DNA of 64,000 bases from a virus (taxonomy: Duplodnaviria; Caudoviricetes). Location of the stretch: the IMG/VR virus record IMGVR_UViG_3300035502_000485, positions 1 through 64,000 of that record; one strand, 5' to 3'. The position numbers and the translations under genes were made by a program. Below the pieces are notes generated by a model. That model was not told the origin of the DNA and did no database searches. It worked only from the letters and a program-made list of their open reading frames with translations. Below, one piece after another: positions 39,219 through 49,247 of this stretch (the stretch's first letter is position 1; each line of letters starts with the position of its first letter).

Positions 39219-40187
39219 ATGTTGTCAATGGTATATTTTTTCAGTGGTGGATTAACTAAACAAATGGCAGAAATTCTCACATCTATGCCAGGATATGAAC
39301 CAATTGATGTATTAGTTTCTCAGTTAGATAGAAATTCTATAAAAGAGATGTTAAAATATCAATCTGACGGTGTAGTTAGACAATTGTTTATTGATAGTGG
39401 AGCCTTTTCTGTTCATACAGGAAAGGCTACTGTCGATTTAGAAGAATACATAAGTTTTGTAAATTCAATTGATGATCATATACACGCAATCGCACAGCTG
39501 GATACTATTCCTGGTACATTTGGTAAACCTAAGTCAAAAGAGGATTATGACAGATCTGCAAGATTATCTTGGGAGAATTTTTTGTATATGTATGGAAAAT
39601 TAAAATCTCCTGAAAAGTTAATTCCTGTATTTCATTATGGTGAGTCATTTGATGTGTTGAAGCGTATGTTGGAATGGAAAGATGAAAATGGTAAACCCTT
39701 AACTTATTTAGGTATTTCACCTGCGAACGATACAGCTCAAAAAACTAAGAATGTATATATGAAAAATGTATATGATATAATTGCTAGATCTAGTAATCCT
39801 AATGTTAGGACACATTTATTTGGTATGACAGCACTTGATGCACTGTCAAAGGTACCTACATATTCTGCAGATAGTATTTCACATAGACTTATAGGTGCTT
39901 ATAATAAAATTCTTGTACCTGAGTTTGGAGTTATTTCTATTTCTAAGCGAGCTAGGACTACCCGATCTAAATCGAGTTTAAGTTTTCTTGAAACTGCAGA
40001 TGATCTTGCATTGAAAAAATTAACAGATTATGTAGAATCGTTAGGTTTAACAATTGAAGAGTTACAAGAATCTCATGCTGCCAGATGTGCTTTGAGTATG
40101 TATAGTATAATGCAGATTTTGAAAGAAAATCCGTATAAACCAGATAATACTACTAAATCTAAGAAACTCTTCGATTTACCTATTTAA
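39219..40187 (+). CDS. dpdA: TGT-fold DNA 7-deazaguanine transglycosylase (DpdA-like)
   Basis: FIDSGAFS, QLDTIPG, IPVFHYGE, HLFG, YSADS; embedded among que genes. Confidence 0.75.
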   Translation: MLSMVYFFSGGLTKQMAEILTSMPGYEPIDVLVSQLDRNSIKEMLKYQSDGVVRQLFIDSGAFSVHTGKATVDLEEYISFVNSIDDHIHAIAQLDTIPGTFGKPKSKEDYDRSARLSWENFLYMYGKLKSPEKLIPVFHYGESFDVLKRMLEWKDENGKPLTYLGISPANDTAQKTKNVYMKNVYDIIARSSNPNVRTHLFGMTALDALSKVPTYSADSISHRLIGAYNKILVPEFGVISISKRARTTRSKSSLSFLETADDLALKKLTDYVESLGLTIEELQESHAARCALSMYSIMQILKENPYKPDNTTKSKKLFDLPI

Positions 40188-40214
40188 CGACTTAATATAT
40201 GGAGGATAAATATT

Positions 40215-40946
40215 ATGTGTATAAAAAATAGAAAAACATATGACAAATGTGTAGTTTTACTTTCAGGAGGAGTAGATTCGTCTACTTGTCTTGGTATTGC
40301 AGTAAATGCATATGGTTCTGAAAATGTAAAAGCTCTGAGTGTACATTATGGGCAACGTCATGAGCTTGAAATTGAATCTGCTAAGAAAATTGCAGAGTAT
40401 TATGATGTAACATTAGATGAAATTGATTTATCTTGTGTAATGAGATTTTCTAATTGTTCTTTGCTTGCAAGTAGTACAGAAGATATTCCTGAAAAATCAT
40501 ATGCTGAACAAATTGCAGAAAATGGGGAAGGTAGAGTATCAACTTATGTACCATTTAGGAATGGTTTGATGCTTTCAGCTGCAGCATCATTTGCAGATAG
40601 TGTATTTCCTGGCAAGCGTGTTGCTATATTGTATGGTGCTCATGCAGATGACGCTGCTGGAAATGCATATGCCGATTGCTCTCAAGAATTTGCAGATGCA
40701 ATCAACAAAGCAATTTATATTGGTACTTATGAAAAAATTGAGGTTGTTACTCCATTTGTAGATATGAACAAATCGGCAGTTGTAGAAGCAGGACTTTCTT
40801 TATCTAATCCTGTACCTTATAATCTTACACATAGTTGTTATGAAGGTGTTCCAGGAGGTTGTGGTAAATGTGGCACATGTATTGATAGAACTGCTGCATT
40901 TGAAGCAAACGGACTTGATAGATATGGTAATAAAATAGAAGATTAA
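40215..40946 (+). CDS. queC: 7-cyano-7-deazaguanine synthase
   Basis: LSGGVDS, YGQRH, TYVPFRN, YADC, SCY..CGKCGTC. Confidence 0.96.
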   Translation: MCIKNRKTYDKCVVLLSGGVDSSTCLGIAVNAYGSENVKALSVHYGQRHELEIESAKKIAEYYDVTLDEIDLSCVMRFSNCSLLASSTEDIPEKSYAEQIAENGEGRVSTYVPFRNGLMLSAAASFADSVFPGKRVAILYGAHADDAAGNAYADCSQEFADAINKAIYIGTYEKIEVVTPFVDMNKSAVVEAGLSLSNPVPYNLTHSCYEGVPGGCGKCGTCIDRTAAFEANGLDRYGNKIED

Positions 40947-41045
40947 ATCAATGTAGTTAGGAGCTAAAACCTTATGAAAAACCTCCAAGTTAAATTATTA
41001 ACTTATATGAAAGAAAGCCTTGGTATTGAAAAAGGTGTACATAAG

Positions 41046-41687
41046 ATGAATAAACAAACAATGTTTTGGATACTTACAATGGTTCAAACTATTGCTCTTA
41101 TCGTAAGTAACATTACAGTTTGTGTATTCATACCTGTATTTGGTGGAAGAGAATTTTCAATATTTGGAATTACATTTCAACTTGCCATTACTGGTGCAAT
41201 ATTTGTATTTCCTATCACTTGCATTGTAGATGATTTACAAACTGAATTATATGGCCGTAAAAATAATTTGGCCATGATAGTTAGTTTTGGAATAATGTGG
41301 ATAGTAGCTGGAATATTTTATTTAGTAGATAGATGCAATTCTGATCCGGCTAGCAGTTCTATTCCAGATTTATGGACAGCTGGGTTAGCAAGTACTATAG
41401 CTTTTTTAGTTAGCAGTTTAATCAATAGTGAAGTACTTATATATCTTAAAAAGAAACATCCTAAGAATATGATAATTAGATTTGTAAGTTCTACAGCAGT
41501 AGGACAATTCTTTGATACATTAACATTTACAATTGTTGCTGTTATGATAGGTGTGTATCCAGATTGGAGATTAGGTTGGTCATTATTTCCTATAGAATAT
41601 TTAATTAAGATACTATATGAATTAATTGCATCTAAACCAATTATCATACCGCTTAAGAATTTCATTGAAAAGAAATGCGAGGACTAA
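41046..41687 (+). CDS. yhhQ: preQ0/preQ1 transporter (YhhQ/VUT family)
   Basis: Multiple TM helices; SNI, GAIFVFP...DLQTELYG, ASTIAFLVS, RFVSSTAVGQFFDTLTF. Confidence 0.85.
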   Translation: MNKQTMFWILTMVQTIALIVSNITVCVFIPVFGGREFSIFGITFQLAITGAIFVFPITCIVDDLQTELYGRKNNLAMIVSFGIMWIVAGIFYLVDRCNSDPASSSIPDLWTAGLASTIAFLVSSLINSEVLIYLKKKHPKNMIIRFVSSTAVGQFFDTLTFTIVAVMIGVYPDWRLGWSLFPIEYLIKILYELIASKPIIIPLKNFIEKKCED

Positions 41688-41691
41688 CCAT

Positions 41692-42363
41692 ATGTCAAGA
41701 AAAAGAAATGTATTGATTACAGGTACATCTAAAGGAATAGGTTTAGCTACTGCTAAGTTATTTCTTAACGAGGGTTTTACAGTATATGGTATAGATATTT
41801 TACCTGGAGAAATAAATCACTTTAATTATAATCATATTCAATGTGATATGTCAATTGCTGCAGATATCATTGTTAGCTGTATGAATATAAATGAACCATT
41901 TGAATTCATAATTAACAATGCAGGCACAGACCAATCAGATAAAGCTATTGCTGTAAATTTAACTTCTTTATTTGAAATTGAAGATAAATTTGTCACTTCT
42001 GATACTGATTGTGTTGTAAATATATGTTCAACCTCAGCTCATATTGGAATTGAAAATCGAGAATATGTTGCAAGTAAAGGTGGAGTATTAGCTTATACTC
42101 GACAATTGGCTAAGAAGATGGCAACTTGGGGCGGCAGATGTGTAAGTATATCGCCTGGTCCAGTGTTTACCGAAATGAATGGACATATCATTGACGATGT
42201 ATCTAAATTCAAAGCTGTTGAAGCACAAAATATATTACATAAATGGATTTCACCATCAGAAATTGCAGATGCAATATATTTCATGTGTATGAATAAAAGT
42301 ATAACAGGTGTTGATTTACTTATTGACTGCGGTGAACATATTAACCATACTGAAATAAAATAA
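41692..42363 (+). CDS. Short-chain dehydrogenase/reductase
   Basis: ITGTSKGIG, INNAG, YVASK, SISPG, ITG...IDCG. Confidence 0.92.
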   Translation: MSRKRNVLITGTSKGIGLATAKLFLNEGFTVYGIDILPGEINHFNYNHIQCDMSIAADIIVSCMNINEPFEFIINNAGTDQSDKAIAVNLTSLFEIEDKFVTSDTDCVVNICSTSAHIGIENREYVASKGGVLAYTRQLAKKMATWGGRCVSISPGPVFTEMNGHIIDDVSKFKAVEAQNILHKWISPSEIADAIYFMCMNKSITGVDLLIDCGEHINHTEIK

Positions 42364-42374
42364 ATTATATTAAA

Positions 42375-42416
42375 GACGCAATGTATTTCATTTACAAAAT
42401 GATATTATGTTGCGTC
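42375..42416 (+). terminator. Hairpin closing the que operon
   Basis: gacgcaat ... gttgcgtc stem. Confidence 0.5.
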
Positions 42417-42427
42417 ATATTAATTGA

Positions 42428-42438
42428 AACCTTTTATA
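42428..42438 (+). promoter_or_regulatory. Putative late promoter heading the packaging operon
   Basis: AACCTTTTATA. Confidence 0.7.
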
Positions 42439-42469
42439 TATATGATAATTAATATTGAGGACTGGTACT

Positions 42470-42736
42470 ATGATAGCTAAAGAAGATATGAGTATACTAA
42501 TTAGTGCCCAAGAAGCAAAGGCACAAGCAGCTACTGCATTAGACGACATTGAAGAAATGACAATAGCTTATGCTATAAATAATGCAGCAAATACAGGAGA
42601 AGCACGACTTAAATATACTGGATATATGAGTCCTTATATCATATCTAAGCTCAAAGGATTAGGTTATACGGTTGAATCAGTTACTTCAAAAGATGGTGTA
42701 GAAGTACCAAATCTACATATCATAAGTTTTGGGTGA
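42470..42736 (+). CDS. Hypothetical protein
   Basis: GAGG RBS, ~88 aa. Confidence 0.65.
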   Translation: MIAKEDMSILISAQEAKAQAATALDDIEEMTIAYAINNAANTGEARLKYTGYMSPYIISKLKGLGYTVESVTSKDGVEVPNLHIISFG

Positions 42737-42740
42737 TTAA

Positions 42741-43145
42741 ATGAATTGTAATTCTGATAAATTTTTATTGTATCCTTATTCAGAATATGCCGCACATACA
42801 AAAGTTATAAATATAAATGATTTAAACTATGATATATGGTTAAAAATACCTGAAGATGTAAATAGATATTATACATTGTTTGATGTTGATGCTGATATTG
42901 ATAAGTTAGTTGAACCTAATACTAAATCAAATATACTCGAAAATATACAAAAAGAATTAGGAAAACCATGGTTGAGAATAAATTCAACTACATTGAATAA
43001 GAAACCAGGTCAACATATATATAAATTTTCTTTTATAAATACAGAGAATGATGATATACTATTTCTTTATTTTTCATATATTTTACAACATGATAACCCG
43101 GATAAACCATATATCTATATGAGACGAGATGGAGGAACTTACTAA
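42741..43145 (+). CDS. Hypothetical protein
   Basis: 134-aa ORF in operon. Confidence 0.65.
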   Translation: MNCNSDKFLLYPYSEYAAHTKVININDLNYDIWLKIPEDVNRYYTLFDVDADIDKLVEPNTKSNILENIQKELGKPWLRINSTTLNKKPGQHIYKFSFINTENDDILFLYFSYILQHDNPDKPYIYMRRDGGTY

Positions 43146-43897
43146 TGCAGGCAATATATGCATCTAAATTGTATAAAGCAAGTAAGCGAAAAGATAAAAT
43201 ACAAGCAGCATTAGCCGACCCTATCAATAAAGAGCTGGTTATGCAGTTGGAAGAATATTTAGACGAAGATTCGTTACCACATACTCAATCTTCAAATAGT
43301 GGAGCTGATACTGAGGTTAATGATAATTCGAATAGTTCAGAATCAAACAATAAGTCTCGCTCTTCTAATCGTCCAGCTTCACGAACATTTCATGGTCAAC
43401 CGTTACCATCAGGCAAATCATCTATCCAAGACGACAATGATGATCTAGATAATGACGATGAGTTAAATGATAATAATTCAGATGATCAACTCGATGATCA
43501 ATTAAATGATAATTCGCTTTCAGATGATACTGAAAATGAAGATATTGATTCTGCAACAGATCTACATATTGATACAATGACATTGCCGGCTGATATTAAA
43601 CATCTATTAAATTTGAGCCCAGATACTGATGGTGTAAGCAGAGTGTCATTAAAAGCCAATGAAGTTTGGATATATTACAATGATAATGTCAATCTAAATA
43701 ACATAATGACAATGGTTATTGAAAAATTAGATTCAAACAAATATATGTGTGGTAATCTAGAATTCAATCGTCTTGCAAGAACAGATAATGCTATTGTATT
43801 TGAATGTGATATTGATTCTATTCCTGCTAACGATTCTGAATTAGTTGATAATACTGATGATGGTATTGTAACTGAAGGTGTTATAGATGAAAAATAA
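43145..43897 (+). CDS. Acidic low-complexity protein, possible scaffold/prohead core protein
   Basis: D/N/S-rich disordered centre; MQAIYAS start and IDSA motif. Confidence 0.5.
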   Translation: MQAIYASKLYKASKRKDKIQAALADPINKELVMQLEEYLDEDSLPHTQSSNSGADTEVNDNSNSSESNNKSRSSNRPASRTFHGQPLPSGKSSIQDDNDDLDNDDELNDNNSDDQLDDQLNDNSLSDDTENEDIDSATDLHIDTMTLPADIKHLLNLSPDTDGVSRVSLKANEVWIYYNDNVNLNNIMTMVIEKLDSNKYMCGNLEFNRLARTDNAIVFECDIDSIPANDSELVDNTDDGIVTEGVIDEK

Positions 43898-44219
43898 ACT
43901 GCCTGTAACAGAAGAATTAGATTTCCATTATTTATTAGGGCTTATGCCGCCTCTTCATGATGAGCCTGAATTTGCTTGGTTGCCAGAATTATTTTCTATA
44001 ATAGGGCATGAGTCTCTAATTGAATTATGTAAATATGCAGGTGGAGAAACTATAAGAATTCCTACATTGGAACAGTTATCTAATAGTATTCAAGCATTAC
44101 AATTATTTTATGACATAGATATAAAACATATTAAATCTGTTGATACAATTCCATCAAATACAGATGTATTTGAATTATTCTATAAAATAAGGAAAATTTA
44201 TAATGCTAGAAACAGTTAA
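43887..44219 (+). CDS. Mor/C-like transcription regulator
   Basis: IIG...LIELCKYAGGETIRIP matches Mor-family GG..IYIP. Confidence 0.55.
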   Translation: MKNKLPVTEELDFHYLLGLMPPLHDEPEFAWLPELFSIIGHESLIELCKYAGGETIRIPTLEQLSNSIQALQLFYDIDIKHIKSVDTIPSNTDVFELFYKIRKIYNARNS

Positions 44220-44406
44220 AGGTTACATAAATGATTTACCTAAATTAACATTTTCTGAATTTTTTATACAGTACATGATATCAATACAAGATGCAAATAT
44301 TGATAGAGAATTAAATTCTTTAGTTAATCATAACAATATGCTAGATTCAGTTATGATTGACCGATTAATTAATGAAACAATTGAAGGGTTGAAAGATATA
44401 ATATGA
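44203..44406 (+). CDS. Hypothetical protein
   Basis: Coupled ORF. Confidence 0.55.
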   Translation: MLETVKGYINDLPKLTFSEFFIQYMISIQDANIDRELNSLVNHNNMLDSVMIDRLINETIEGLKDII

Positions 44407-44705
44407 TTACTTCAAATGAAATACAACTTGCTTATATAGATTTATATAAATGTTTAAGAAATTATATATGGGATTTCGAAACAGTTGAGTCCATTGCTAA
44501 TTTAGAAGTAGCATCATATAAACGATTTCCTAATATTTCAGAGATATTAATATGTTTGCATATTCTTAAAAACAATGTTAGATTCAAGTTAGATGAAAAA
44601 GATGAGGAACTTGATACAGCGTTTGACAGTTTTGAACAATTACTTGATTCTACTGATGAAGTGTATGCAAGTTTAAAATCTTTTCATGAGGTGAATGTAT
44701 TATGA
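44403..44705 (+). CDS. Hypothetical protein
   Basis: Coupled ORF (ATGA overlap). Confidence 0.65.
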   Translation: MITSNEIQLAYIDLYKCLRNYIWDFETVESIANLEVASYKRFPNISEILICLHILKNNVRFKLDEKDEELDTAFDSFEQLLDSTDEVYASLKSFHEVNVL

Positions 44706-44914
44706 AAATAACAAAAAATACTAATGTAAATAAAACTAATACATCAGTAAATGCAGCTGCAACAGATGCAGTATATAAAGACGCAATGAACTATATTCAT
44801 TGTGCAATAAATTCATTAGGTGATATTGCTACTAAAGACAAATCGAATGTATTTGCTCGAGAAGCAATAGCAAACTTAAGTGTAGTATTACTTGATCTTA
44901 AATCAAATAAATAA
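44702..44914 (+). CDS. Small protein with basic leader ending VNAA
   Basis: MKITKNTNVNKTNTSVNAAATD; GAGGTG RBS. Confidence 0.65.
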   Translation: MKITKNTNVNKTNTSVNAAATDAVYKDAMNYIHCAINSLGDIATKDKSNVFAREAIANLSVVLLDLKSNK

Positions 44915-44930
44915 TTCCGGAGGAATACTT

Positions 44931-45422
44931 ATGGATGACATCAAAACCGTTGATGATTATCAAATTTTGGATCCATTATATAGTAAACAAAAAGAAGGCG
45001 TCTCAAAAATGAGGGCGTCTTTATTGGCGTGTTCATCTGATAATTCAACTTCTATGGTGAATGCAATTCAAAATATAACTGTAATGAGAATATATCATCA
45101 ACTTTCACGAATTATCAAGTATACTGAACTAATGGATAAACTTGAAGATAAGTTATATGAATCTATTGAAAATACAATTGATAATGTCAATTCAGATCCT
45201 GCAACTATGATGATGTTATTAAATGTTCAAGAAAAATTACAGAAAAGCATGATTGAGTCACATAAACTACTTCAACCATATATGGATGTTAAAGAATTTG
45301 CTGTAATGGATTTAGTTCAACCTGAAGATAATCATTCAAATATTACAATACTTGATCCAGAAAAACGTGATGGCCTAAGAACAAAAGCATCTAATATACT
45401 TAAACAGTTGAATGCGGGGTGA
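44931..45422 (+). CDS. Helical protein, probable terminase small subunit
   Basis: Immediately upstream of TerL; coiled-coil; GGAGG RBS. Confidence 0.5.
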   Translation: MDDIKTVDDYQILDPLYSKQKEGVSKMRASLLACSSDNSTSMVNAIQNITVMRIYHQLSRIIKYTELMDKLEDKLYESIENTIDNVNSDPATMMMLLNVQEKLQKSMIESHKLLQPYMDVKEFAVMDLVQPEDNHSNITILDPEKRDGLRTKASNILKQLNAG

Positions 45423-45429
45423 GTTTTAG

Positions 45430-47397
45430 TTGGATAACATTCTACAAGATGATATCATAACTGATGATCTCCCCGAACGAATTCAAAAGATATACAATAC
45501 TGCCACTGAAGATGAAAAGAAATACCTCCTACAAATTTTACAAGAATTAAGCGATACTGGATATTCTAAAACATATCAAGATATATGGCTTGCAGATTAT
45601 AAAGAAATACCTGTAGATATAAATACATTCATAGAATCTGAAACTTATCTAGGTAAAACTAATAGATGTGGTCAATCCGTATATCCATTCTGGAGAAATA
45701 CTATGAATGAAATCTTTGATGCAGGTAACAAGTATCACGAAATCATACTAACAGGTGCTACTCGTATTGGTAAATCATCTACAGGAATTACTATTACAGC
45801 ATATATGTTATATCGCTTGATGTGCTTAAGAAATCCTCAGAAATATTTCAATAAGAAAGAAATATCTATATTTTCAATTCTCTTCTTCAATATAACAAAA
45901 GATCTAGCTCGTGGGGTAGCATACAGAGAATTTAATGATACATTAAAAGAGAGTCCTTGGTTCAATGCGCATGGAACATTTTCAGATAGTGATAGGAATT
46001 TCTATTATATACCTGAAGGTGGAAGAATAACAATTGACTACGGTTCTGATGCAGCACATGGTTTGGGTAAACAAGTATTTGTAGGGTTCCTTGATGAATG
46101 TAACTTTAGTAAAGCTGGCGTAAAAGATGTTAATAAAGCTAAGAAGCATATGAAGGAAACATATGACACTATAACAGCCCGTGTTAAAGGTACATTCAAA
46201 CATGGTGGTGAAGTATTTGGTAAAATTATTGCTATTAGTTCGAAAAATGCGGATAGCTCATTTATGGAAGATCATGTAGCAACTCAATTGAACTCTGGTG
46301 CCGGCGAACATATGTATGTGTCAGATGCTCCACAATGGGAAGTATTACCTCCATCTACATTTAGTGATGAACGATTTTATATTGCAATTGGTGATCAACA
46401 TCAAAGAGGTCTTGTTGTCCCTGACAATCAATGTTTTCCAGAAGCCTTGGAAGATCTCAAATCTCAAGGATTTAGATTACTGAATCCACCTATTGATATG
46501 CGTCCAGATTTTGTCGCAGATTTTGATGTAGCATTAAGGGACCTTGCAGGTATAGCAGTAATAGGTGCATTATCATTTATCACTCAAGATTCTATTGATA
46601 AATGTATAAATAAATCAAGGCGTAATCCTTTCTATAATGACATTTTGCAGTTAGGGTTTAAAGATAATAAAACTATAGAAGAATACTTCCATATGAACGA
46701 AGTGTCGCCTAATGTGAAACGATGTCCTATGTATATTCATCTTGACTTATCATTGAATACAGATAAGACTGGTATTTCGGGTGTAGCTATAACGGGTCGA
46801 AAGGATACAGAAACATCTTCAGAAAATGGTAAACAACAAACAATATCTGTTCCTACATTTACTCATGTATTTTCTGTATCAATTGAAGCGCCTCGTGGGG
46901 ATAAGATACCTTACGATAAAATAACTAATTTTATATGTTGGTTAAGACGACAAGGTTTTAATATTGCAGGCATAAGTCGAGACCAATTTCAAAGTGAATA
47001 CATGGGACAACTTTTAGAAGCACAAGGTTTTAAAGTAGATAAATTATCACTTGATAGAACACCTGACGGATACATAGCACTACGATCAGTTTTACTAGAA
47101 GAACGAGTTGATATGTTAGAAGTAGAACTACTTAATAATGAATTAGTTCATCTTGAAAGAGACAGTACAACAGGTCGTACAGATCACCCAGTTGGAGGCT
47201 CAAAAGATATGAGTGACTCATTTGCAGGTAGTATATGGAATGCTACACTGAAGGGTGGGATAATTCCAATTCAAGGTAAGAAAATAGCAAATGTAATTTC
47301 ATCAGTAAATGGACCTAGAAACAGTAATATGAATACAAAAGATGTGAGGTCAGCACAACTACCATCAATGTTTCCTGGTTTATATAATAAATATTAA
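45430..47397 (+). CDS. terL: Terminase large subunit
   Basis: GATRIGKS, FLDE, AISS, HLDLS...DKTG, DQFQS, DHP.GGSKDMSD. Confidence 0.92.
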   Translation: MDNILQDDIITDDLPERIQKIYNTATEDEKKYLLQILQELSDTGYSKTYQDIWLADYKEIPVDINTFIESETYLGKTNRCGQSVYPFWRNTMNEIFDAGNKYHEIILTGATRIGKSSTGITITAYMLYRLMCLRNPQKYFNKKEISIFSILFFNITKDLARGVAYREFNDTLKESPWFNAHGTFSDSDRNFYYIPEGGRITIDYGSDAAHGLGKQVFVGFLDECNFSKAGVKDVNKAKKHMKETYDTITARVKGTFKHGGEVFGKIIAISSKNADSSFMEDHVATQLNSGAGEHMYVSDAPQWEVLPPSTFSDERFYIAIGDQHQRGLVVPDNQCFPEALEDLKSQGFRLLNPPIDMRPDFVADFDVALRDLAGIAVIGALSFITQDSIDKCINKSRRNPFYNDILQLGFKDNKTIEEYFHMNEVSPNVKRCPMYIHLDLSLNTDKTGISGVAITGRKDTETSSENGKQQTISVPTFTHVFSVSIEAPRGDKIPYDKITNFICWLRRQGFNIAGISRDQFQSEYMGQLLEAQGFKVDKLSLDRTPDGYIALRSVLLEERVDMLEVELLNNELVHLERDSTTGRTDHPVGGSKDMSDSFAGSIWNATLKGGIIPIQGKKIANVISSVNGPRNSNMNTKDVRSAQLPSMFPGLYNKY

Positions 47398-47431
47398 TAT
47401 ACATTATAAATATGAAATGAGGTAAAGTCAA

Positions 47432-49012
47432 ATGTATGTAGGAAACTGTCTTAACGCAGGAGATTTTTTAACAGTTGTACCTGTAGGTATTCCGATTCGA
47501 CTACAATATAATGAAAATGGAAATCTACATAAGGTATTTTTAGGTTTTGAGGATAGAAATACAGAAATAACTTCTGATGTACTTGAAATTATAATCCATA
47601 ACAATATAGTCCCATTGAAAATAGGTATATTAAACGGAACAACTTGGGTAAAGGGTGTATTATATACATCTGAATTATGCAACAATCCTGGATTATTACC
47701 TGATTGTGTTCAAAATGAATTATTAACTAAATTCAAACTTAATCCATCAAAATTTAGTTTTCACGCAGGAGATGCTGATAGTTTAGCAACACCTTTTCAT
47801 GGTGTAGTAGCTATTCGTCAATGGCTATCAATGTCAGGATTTAAAGTTCTACCTGGATATCTTGTACCTACTGGTTTTGATAGACAAGGATTTATAGATC
47901 TAATTGATACTCCACAGTATCCATTCCAATTCCCATTGATTGCAAGTTATATCATATCAAGTAATGCTGAAATTAAATATGTATCAACTAGAATGACACA
48001 ATTCATTGTATCTCGAGTTGTAAAGTATGTAGATGATTATGGAAATATAAAAGCTAAAATCTATAAGAAAACAGACGATGAGTCAGCTAATTTCATTTGT
48101 GTTGATTATACAGAAGTTGTAAACTACAACATCCAAACTAATTCACTTGTAATATTAGATTCAGGTTATCAAATTATATTTACATCATCTACTGATGGTA
48201 AGATTAGAGATAAACGAAGTAATAAATTAGAATGTTCTTATTGTGGTAAATCCTTTACAATTCCTGAAGAAGGAATAGCCCAGTGTCCAGATATACATTG
48301 CCCATCTAGGATGTTACCATGTATTACTCGATTTTTAACTGTAGCAAATTTACCAGTGCCTACAAATGAAGTAATTAGACATTGGATTGATAACAAGGAG
48401 ATAACATGTATTCCTGATTTATTTACACTAGACCTATATAAATCTGTAACAGTAGATATGACTATTGCTAAAGTAATTAAATCACTTGTACCAATTACAA
48501 TTATACTTAGAGATGATATATTTACATTGTTTGCAAATAAATGTAGTAATAGTTTGAAGTCAGTTGAATACTATATTAATCATCCAAATAAAATATCTAC
48601 AGATTTAGATATATCACATCCGGATGTAAATAAATTTATAAATTGGCTATTAGATGATTATAATTTATCTGATTTATCAACATTGTTATTTTCTACGGAA
48701 CAAATCAAGATAGTGGACAACGATAAAAAATTTGATGGCGCTCCTATATTTAGAAATAAACTAATTTGTATAACAGGTAAATTTATTCATGGAGATGTAT
48801 CAGAAATAACTGCTATTTTACAAAGTTACTCAGCTAAAGTTACTACTGAATTTTCTAATTCTGTAGATTGTATAATAACAGGAAGTACTATGGAAGGTAT
48901 AAATGGTGTAATGCTGAAAAATGCACAAATATTAGGTGTACCTGTATTCGATGAAGTTGGATTTTTCAATCAATATGAAATAGATTCTGACTTAAAAGAG
49001 AACCTTTTATAG
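47432..49012 (+). CDS. NAD-dependent DNA ligase-like protein, apparently catalytically inactive
   Basis: VPVG in place of KxDG before IRLQYNENG; C4 zinc finger CSYC...CPDIHC; C-terminal BRCT (ICITGKF...SAKVTTEFS). Confidence 0.7.
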   Translation: MYVGNCLNAGDFLTVVPVGIPIRLQYNENGNLHKVFLGFEDRNTEITSDVLEIIIHNNIVPLKIGILNGTTWVKGVLYTSELCNNPGLLPDCVQNELLTKFKLNPSKFSFHAGDADSLATPFHGVVAIRQWLSMSGFKVLPGYLVPTGFDRQGFIDLIDTPQYPFQFPLIASYIISSNAEIKYVSTRMTQFIVSRVVKYVDDYGNIKAKIYKKTDDESANFICVDYTEVVNYNIQTNSLVILDSGYQIIFTSSTDGKIRDKRSNKLECSYCGKSFTIPEEGIAQCPDIHCPSRMLPCITRFLTVANLPVPTNEVIRHWIDNKEITCIPDLFTLDLYKSVTVDMTIAKVIKSLVPITIILRDDIFTLFANKCSNSLKSVEYYINHPNKISTDLDISHPDVNKFINWLLDDYNLSDLSTLLFSTEQIKIVDNDKKFDGAPIFRNKLICITGKFIHGDVSEITAILQSYSAKVTTEFSNSVDCIITGSTMEGINGVMLKNAQILGVPVFDEVGFFNQYEIDSDLKENLL

Positions 49013-49022
49013 AGGTGTTAAT

Positions 49023-49247
49023 ATGAAACGATTGATCTATCCAGAATTAGATATTACAGCATCTACAAACTTACATTGTAAAAAGCGTGATGTAGTTGCA
49101 CAAGTAATAGATGATACAACTTATGAGCAAAAGAAATCTAAATTAACATATCAATTCAAAGAAGATGGTTATAAAGTATATAGTGAACCCGGTCATGAAC
49201 AATATACTTGGAATTGGTATGCTGTTCCATATGGAGGCACAAAGTAG
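49023..49247 (+). CDS. Small leader-family protein (MKRLIYPELDITAST)
   Basis: Late motif 49001; GAGGTG RBS. Confidence 0.7.
   Translation: MKRLIYPELDITASTNLHCKKRDVVAQVIDDTTYEQKKSKLTYQFKEDGYKVYSEPGHEQYTWNWYAVPYGGTK

Noticed and set aside
40947-41045. preQ1 riboswitch upstream of the transporter
   Set aside because: Some pairing (ggag/ctcc) and an A-rich stretch, but no clean P1 stem or conserved loop of known preQ1 classes visible by eye; needs an Infernal search
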